NCBI GenBank assembly: GCA_963754315.1
Contig: CAVWFS010000019.1
Location: 192,001 to 256,000, forward strand
Reading direction: 5' to 3'
Length of the DNA: 64,000 nucleotides
Origin: an uncultured Candidatus Rokubacteria bacterium
Lineage (GTDB): Bacteria > Methylomirabilota > Methylomirabilia > Rokubacteriales > CSP1-6
Below the pieces are notes generated by a model that did not search any database, had not been told where the DNA came from, and worked only from the letters and a program-made list of their open reading frames with translations. Made by a program: the position numbers and the translations under genes. How positions within the stretch are numbered: the stretch's first letter is position 1; every line of letters starts with the position of its first letter. Shown piece by piece: positions 58,007-64,000 of the stretch.

Positions 58007-60037
58007 CTACGCAGGCAGGGGACGGACGTCCAGCCGGGTGTCCTGGTAGGTCGCTCCCTCACCCAAATCGCTGAAACGGTCGGACACGAGCATATTGATG
58101 GTGCTCTGGCCGGCCTCGCCCGCCGGGCGCTGGCCAGGGACGAAGACCACGCCGGGGGGAGTCTCGTCGCTCACCCGTAGCCTCAGGGTCACAAGCCCCC
58201 GCTGGTTGACGAGCTGCACAGATTGCCCGTCGCACAGCTGACGGGCCGCGGCGTCGTCGGGGTGAAGCACGCACTCCGGGGGGCCTTGCTTGCGGCGCAG
58301 CGAGGCCACCGCAGAGAAAGCAGTGTGGCTCTGATAGTAGCCGGGCGCCGTGAGCAGGCGCAGCGGCCAGCGGCGCTCCTCCTCCGTCTCGATCGCCTCC
58401 TCGACCCAGTCGGGCATCGCGGGCAGCCCCTGCCCTGCCAGCCGGTCCGAGTAGAACTCCAACCTACCCGACGGGGTCGCGAACTGCTGCCGGCCCGGCT
58501 CGGGCGCAAGCTTCACCGGACCGGAAGCCCGGAGCTCGGCGCGATTGACACTGGCAGTCGGACCGCTCGAACGACGAATGATCTCCCCGAGCAGCGCGTC
58601 CGTGTCCATGGAGAAAACACGATCGGTCACGCCAAGGCGACGCGCGAGCTCCTGGGCCAGACGCCGGTTGGGCCACGCCTCGCCTTGCGGTTCGACGACG
58701 CGGTTCGCGAACTGCAGATAGTAGGTGCCGTAGGCCCGATGGACGTCCTCGGTTTCCAGGTAGGTGGCTGCCGGAAGCACAACGTCGGCGTAGCGAGCGG
58801 TGTCCGAGAGGAACGGATCGTGGACCACCGTGAAGAGGTCCTCACGCGAGAGTCCCCGGCGGACAGCGCCCGCGTCGGGACAGGTGACTGCGGGGTTATT
58901 GCACGCCACGAAGAGCGCGCGCAGCGGAGGGTTCTTCAGAGTGAGAAGAGCCTCCCCCAGTCGTGAATGGTTCACCTGGCGGGTGGTAGCCGGACCCGAC
59001 GGTCTGCGAAGGGCCGAGGCATCGAGACCGAAGCTCGCAGCTGTCATGAGAAGGGCGCCGCCGCCGACCTTGTCGTAGGCGCCCACCACACCAGGAAGCA
59101 GGGCCACCGCGCGGATGGCTTGCCCTCCCTGCCGGGAGCGCGACATCCCCTCGCCGAGGCGGATGAATGGTGCCCGCGCACGACCGTACATGCGGGCCAG
59201 GCGTTCCAGGTCCGAGACGCTCACTCCAGTGATCTCGGCGACCCGCGCCGGATGAAAGTGCGGCAGCACATCACGCTCCAGTCGGTCGAAGCCGACCGTA
59301 CGCTCGGCCAGATAGCGTCGGTCCGCGAGCCCCTCGCGTACGAGGACGTGCATCATCCCCAGCGCGAGGGCGGCGTCAGTGCCGACCCTCACCCGAAGAT
59401 GCCAGTCCGCGCGGGCCGCCGTTCGGCTACGGCGTGGCTCGATGACAACCAGCGTCGCGCCGGCTGCGCGCGCCCGCTCGACGAAGGGCCAGATGTGCAC
59501 GTTGGTGGTCAGAAGGTCCGCCCCCCAGGCGATGATCAGGTCGGAGTGGATCACCGTTTCCGGGTCTGCCCCTCCCACGCTTCCGCATGCGGCATCCCAC
59601 CCCGCTTCCGCGCAGGTGTCGCACACAGTCCCTGCCTGCAGACGCGACGCACCAAGGGCGTGGAACAGCCCTAGCAGCAGACCCCGATTGATCTGGCCCT
59701 GATGGGCACTATAGGCGTAGCCGAGGATTGCCTCGGCGCCGTCTTCCCGCATGATCGCCTGCCAGCGGCTGACGATCTCGTCGAGCGCGTCATCCCACGT
59801 GATCGGCGCAAAGCGGCCCTGCCCCTTGGCGCCCGTCCGGCGGAGGGGGGTGAGCACACGCTCTGGCGAGTGGACCAACTCGTGGTCTCGGTGGACCTTG
59901 GCGCACGCGAAACCCGCCGTGAAGGGATGGGTCGGGTCTCCCTCGATCCTCACAATGCGGCCGTCCTCGACGTGAGCGAGCAGCGAACACTGGTCGGGGC
60001 AATCGTGGGCGCACACCGTCCGTATGGTCCGGATCAC
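58007..60037 (-). CDS. Molybdopterin oxidoreductase (DMSO reductase superfamily) with N-terminal 4Fe-4S motif
   Basis: CAHDCPDQC...CAK, ITWDDALDEI, SDTARYADVVLPA, FATPSGRLEF, LHPDDA; GTG at 60037 with GGAGGT SD. Confidence 0.88.
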   Translation of the reverse strand: MIRTIRTVCAHDCPDQCSLLAHVEDGRIVRIEGDPTHPFTAGFACAKVHRDHELVHSPERVLTPLRRTGAKGQGRFAPITWDDALDEIVSRWQAIMREDGAEAILGYAYSAHQGQINRGLLLGLFHALGASRLQAGTVCDTCAEAGWDAACGSVGGADPETVIHSDLIIAWGADLLTTNVHIWPFVERARAAGATLVVIEPRRSRTAARADWHLRVRVGTDAALALGMMHVLVREGLADRRYLAERTVGFDRLERDVLPHFHPARVAEITGVSVSDLERLARMYGRARAPFIRLGEGMSRSRQGGQAIRAVALLPGVVGAYDKVGGGALLMTAASFGLDASALRRPSGPATTRQVNHSRLGEALLTLKNPPLRALFVACNNPAVTCPDAGAVRRGLSREDLFTVVHDPFLSDTARYADVVLPAATYLETEDVHRAYGTYYLQFANRVVEPQGEAWPNRRLAQELARRLGVTDRVFSMDTDALLGEIIRRSSGPTASVNRAELRASGPVKLAPEPGRQQFATPSGRLEFYSDRLAGQGLPAMPDWVEEAIETEEERRWPLRLLTAPGYYQSHTAFSAVASLRRKQGPPECVLHPDDAAARQLCDGQSVQLVNQRGLVTLRLRVSDETPPGVVFVPGQRPAGEAGQSTINMLVSDRFSDLGEGATYQDTRLDVRPLPA

Positions 60038-60133
60038 CGGCCACCTCCGTTTGACATACGTGTCATAGGTGACTTTAGGCCCCTCGCCGGCCTCTTGCAA
60101 AGAGCCATTCATCGTCAATAGGATCGGGCCACT

Positions 60134-61366
60134 GTGCTGGATCTCCTCCTGCGGGGCTGTCGTCTGCCCGACGCGACCGACCCCACCGACGTGGGTATCG
60201 AGGGCAGATACATCGCGGCCATCGGTCGCGACCTGGGCCCGGCGCAGGAGACGATCGACGTCCGCGGGCGGTTGGTGACTCCGGGCTTGGTGGAAGCTCA
60301 TATTCACCTCGACAAGGCCTTGCTGTCAGGCCGCGTGCGAGGGGAGGCCGGCACCCTGGAGGAGGCCATCCGGATTACCGGAGATGCCAAGCGACACTTC
60401 ACGGCGAGCGATATTCGGGAGCGAGCCCGGCGCGTGTTGGCAATGGCGGTGGCGGCCGGCACGACGACGCTTCGCACGCACGTCGAGGTCGATCAGATCG
60501 TGGGCCTGATGGGCTTGGAAGCAGTGTTGCCGCTCCGCGAGGAGTTCGCGGCCGCCATCGATGTGCAGATCTGCGCCTTCGCCCAGGAGGGGATTGTCCG
60601 GGCCCCGGGCACGGAGGCACTCCTGCGGCGAGCGCTCGCCATGGGCGCCGATCTCGTGGGGGGATGCCCGTACAACGATAGTGACCCGCTCCGACAGATC
60701 CAGATCGTCTACGATCTCGCGGACGAGTTCGGGGTCGCCGTTGATTTTCACGCGGACTTCTTCGATGAGCCCGAGCATCTGCATATCACCACGATCGTGG
60801 AGGAGACCCTTCGCCGAGGCTGGCAGGGCCGGGTGGTTGTCGGTCACCTCACCGAGCTGGCCGCCCTCGCTCCGCAACAACAAGATCGGATCATCGCGGG
60901 GCTGGTGGAGGCACGGATCGGCGTCATCAGCCTGCCTGCCACGGATCTCTATCTGATGGGGCGCCGGGATACCCATAACATCCGGCGCGGGCTCACGCCC
61001 ATCCGCCGTCTGCTGGCGGCCGGCGTTCCCGTCGCCCTCTCCACCAACAACGTGCAGAACCCTTTCACGCCGGTGGGGACGGCCGATCTCGCCCACATGG
61101 CCTTCCTGACCGCCGTGGCCGCCCACATGGGCACGCCCACCGATTTGCGGTCCATCGTCGACACCATCACTCGTCACCCAGCCTCCATGTTGGGCGTGGC
61201 CGACTACGGCCTCGCGTCGGGCGGCCGGGCCGACCTGGTCGTATGGGACTGCCACCAGGTCGAGGAGATCGTGATGGCCCTGCCTCAGCGGGCGGTGATC
61301 GTGAAGGGTGGCCGCGTGAGCATCGAGGGCGAGCGGCGCGTGCACGAGCGCTGGCGAGAAGCCTGA
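60134..61366 (+). CDS. Metal-dependent amidohydrolase (cytosine deaminase-like)
   Basis: PGLVEAHIHLDKA, GTTTLRTHV, AFAQEG, VGGCP, DFHAD, GH, ADLVV. Confidence 0.87.
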   Translation: MLDLLLRGCRLPDATDPTDVGIEGRYIAAIGRDLGPAQETIDVRGRLVTPGLVEAHIHLDKALLSGRVRGEAGTLEEAIRITGDAKRHFTASDIRERARRVLAMAVAAGTTTLRTHVEVDQIVGLMGLEAVLPLREEFAAAIDVQICAFAQEGIVRAPGTEALLRRALAMGADLVGGCPYNDSDPLRQIQIVYDLADEFGVAVDFHADFFDEPEHLHITTIVEETLRRGWQGRVVVGHLTELAALAPQQQDRIIAGLVEARIGVISLPATDLYLMGRRDTHNIRRGLTPIRRLLAAGVPVALSTNNVQNPFTPVGTADLAHMAFLTAVAAHMGTPTDLRSIVDTITRHPASMLGVADYGLASGGRADLVVWDCHQVEEIVMALPQRAVIVKGGRVSIEGERRVHERWREA

Positions 61367-61379
61367 GCGCCGAATGCGA

Positions 61380-61409
61380 TTGACACACGTCGCGTGGGGT
61401 GGGTAGAGT
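61380..61409 (+). promoter_or_regulatory. sigma70-type promoter of the pyr operon
   Basis: TTGACA, 18 nt, TAGAGT. Confidence 0.65.
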
Positions 61410-61431
61410 GTGAATCGACGCAACGGTGGCT

Positions 61432-61466
61432 TTCCTTTAAGCGAGCCCGGCGAGGCCCGCAAGGAG
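61432..61466 (+). promoter_or_regulatory. PyrR-binding RNA stem-loop
   Basis: TCCTTTAAGCGAGCCCGGCGAGGCCCGCAAGGAG resembles the CCUUUAA...AGUCCNGNGAGGYU...AAGG PyrR site; directly upstream of pyrR. Confidence 0.8.
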
Positions 61467-61473
61467 AGAGTGA

Positions 61474-62043
<570 letters not shown>

Positions 62044-62982
62044 ATGACATGGACGCGCAAGGACCTCCTGACGATCCGCGCCCTGGACGCGAACGAGATC
62101 ATCCTGCTCGTGGACACCGCCGCCTCCCTCCAGGAAATCGCCGGCCGCGAGATCAAGAAGGTCCCTGCTCTGCGCGGCAAGACCATCGTGAATCTCTTCT
62201 ACGAGGCGTCCACCCGGACGCGAACGTCCTTCGAAATCGCCGGCAAGTGGCTGTCGGCCGACGTCATCAACTTCTCGGCGAGCGGGTCGAGCGCGGCCAA
62301 GGGCGAAAGCCTGCTCGATACCGCCAAGAACATCGCGGCCATGAGCCCGGACGTGGTGGTGGTCCGCCACGCGTCTGCCGGCGCGGCCGAATTGCTGGCG
62401 CGGGAGCTGCCCTGCAGTATCGTCAACGCCGGCGACGGAGCGCACGAGCATCCCACCCAGGCCCTTCTCGACCTCTTGACCATCCGCGAGAAGAAGGGGC
62501 ACTTTGAAGGTCTTCACGTCGCGATCATCGGCGATATCGCTCACAGCCGGGTGGCGCGCTCCAACATCCACGGTATGCGCAAGCTGGGCATGAGCGTCAC
62601 CGTGGCGGGGCCTCCGACCCTGATTCCCCCCTTCGTTCAGGAGCTGGGCGTGAAGGTGTGCTATCGGCTCGAGGACGCCATCCGCGACGTCGACGTGATC
62701 ATGATGCTGCGTCTGCAAGGGGAGCGCATGGCGGGGGGGCTGATTCCTTCCATCCGGGAATACTCGCGTTACTGGGGGCTGACGCTCGCCAAACTGCAAG
62801 CCGAAGCCCGGCCCGACGTACTCATCATGCACCCTGGTCCTGTGAACCGCGGTGTGGAGCTGTCACCCGAGGTCGCGGATGGGCCTTACTCGGTCATCCT
62901 CGACCAGGTCGCCAAGGGGTTGGCCGTGCGCATGGGTGTACTCATCCTGCTCGCCGGGAGCAAGGCCCGAGAGGGCGCATGA
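62044..62982 (+). CDS. pyrB: Aspartate carbamoyltransferase catalytic subunit
   Basis: [47 protein letters not shown]. Confidence 0.96.
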   Translation: MTWTRKDLLTIRALDANEIILLVDTAASLQEIAGREIKKVPALRGKTIVNLFYEASTRTRTSFEIAGKWLSADVINFSASGSSAAKGESLLDTAKNIAAMSPDVVVVRHASAGAAELLARELPCSIVNAGDGAHEHPTQALLDLLTIREKKGHFEGLHVAIIGDIAHSRVARSNIHGMRKLGMSVTVAGPPTLIPPFVQELGVKVCYRLEDAIRDVDVIMMLRLQGERMAGGLIPSIREYSRYWGLTLAKLQAEARPDVLIMHPGPVNRGVELSPEVADGPYSVILDQVAKGLAVRMGVLILLAGSKAREGA

Positions 62983-64000
62983 ACCTGCTTATCAGGAACG
63001 GTCGCGTGCTCGATCCCGCCAACGGCGTCGATGCCGTCCAGGATGTGCTGATCCGGAATGGACTGGTGGAGCGGGTTGGCCCGCGCCTGGCTGCTCCCCC
63101 TGACATCGCCACGGTGGACGCCACGGCCAAGGTGGTGTGTCCAGGCTTCATCGACATTCATGTGCACCTGCGCGAGCCAGGCTTCGAGTACAAGGAGACC
63201 GTGGCCACCGGTACGCGGGCGGCGGCGGCCGGAGGGTTCACCACCGTCTGTTGCATGGCCAACACCTTCCCGGTGAACGACAATCGGTCGATCACCGACT
63301 ACATCCTGGCCAAGGCGAAGGCCGAAGGGGTGGTGCGTGTTCGTACCATCGGCGCCGTCACGCGAGGCCTCAAAGGCGAGGATCTCGCCGAGCTGGCAGA
63401 GCTGGCCGAGGCCGGCTGCGTGGCCTTCTCGGACGACGGCCAATGCGTCATGAACGCGGCGCTATATCGCCATGCCATGGAGTACACCCTGCCGTTCGGT
63501 CTTCCCGTGATCAGCCACGCGGAAGACCACAATCTCTCCCAGGGCGCTTCGATGAACGAGGGGGTCGTCTCCATGGAACTTGGGTTGCCCGGGACGCCGG
63601 CCGCGGCCGAGGACACCATGGTGGCCCGTGACATTCTCCTGGCCGAGTTGACCGGCGCCCACGTCCACATCGCCCATCTCTCGACAGCAGGCGCGGTTCG
63701 ACTGGTTCGCGAGGCTAAGGCCCGCGGAATCCGAGTCACGGCCGAGGTGACCCCGCACCATCTCGTCCTCACCGAAGAGGCGGTCCGTCACTTCGACCCC
63801 AACACCAAGATGAACCCGCCCTTGCGCACCAAGCGGGATACCGAAGCGCTCTTGGAGGCGCTGGCCGACGGCACGATCGACTGCATCGCCACCGACCACG
63901 CGCCCCACGCCACCTCCGAAAAGGAGGGCGAGTTCGACGGCGCGCCGGCGGGAATCGTGGGGCTGGAGACCGCGATTCCGGTCTTACTCGATAGGCTGGT
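62979..64000 (+). CDS. pyrC: Dihydroorotase (runs off the window)
   Basis: Manual translation [13 protein letters not shown]...[14 protein letters not shown]...AAAGGFTTV...AFSDDG...KMNPPLR...IATDHAPH. Confidence 0.95.
   Translation, partial: MNLLIRNGRVLDPANGVDAVQDVLIRNGLVERVGPRLAAPPDIATVDATAKVVCPGFIDIHVHLREPGFEYKETVATGTRAAAAGGFTTVCCMANTFPVNDNRSITDYILAKAKAEGVVRVRTIGAVTRGLKGEDLAELAELAEAGCVAFSDDGQCVMNAALYRHAMEYTLPFGLPVISHAEDHNLSQGASMNEGVVSMELGLPGTPAAAEDTMVARDILLAELTGAHVHIAHLSTAGAVRLVREAKARGIRVTAEVTPHHLVLTEEAVRHFDPNTKMNPPLRTKRDTEALLEALADGTIDCIATDHAPHATSEKEGEFDGAPAGIVGLETAIPVLLDRL

Overview
GC-rich bacterial chromosomal segment, mostly housekeeping and catabolic genes. The organism is a diderm (lpxC, O-antigen-ligase-like gene). 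A Firmicutes-like lepA-lepB-hemW-hrcA-grpE-dnaJ-prmA-rsmE order and pyrR-pyrB-pyrC are compatible with Methylomirabilota/Rokubacteriales, but this is inference only. Contents in order: acyl-CoA dehydrogenase pair with a Nudix gene; M20 amidohydrolase; caa3-type cytochrome c oxidase with fused subunit I-III; nucleotide-sugar genes; heat-shock cluster lacking dnaK; lpxC-DUF4390-ntrY-ntrX; xanthine-dehydrogenase-family genes with an NMT1-type ABC transporter and puuD; a decaying islet of three paralogous lipoprotein genes; an SBP/histidine kinase/receiver module; a TAXI-TRAP/beta-oxidation cluster; a Mo-oxidoreductase; and the pyr operon with a PyrR RNA site. The most striking non-gene signal is a dispersed ~87-bp two-hairpin G-tract element at five intergenic loci. 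It shows compensatory stem changes, forms tandem arrays that decay from one end, keeps its G-rich strand co-directional with a local transcript, and abuts a translation start at three loci (including hrcA). A sigma54 promoter with a palindromic enhancer precedes lpxC, and several genes look leaderless. Six single-base insertions in conserved genes suggest sequencing error. No rRNA, tRNA, CRISPR array or transposase was recognised.
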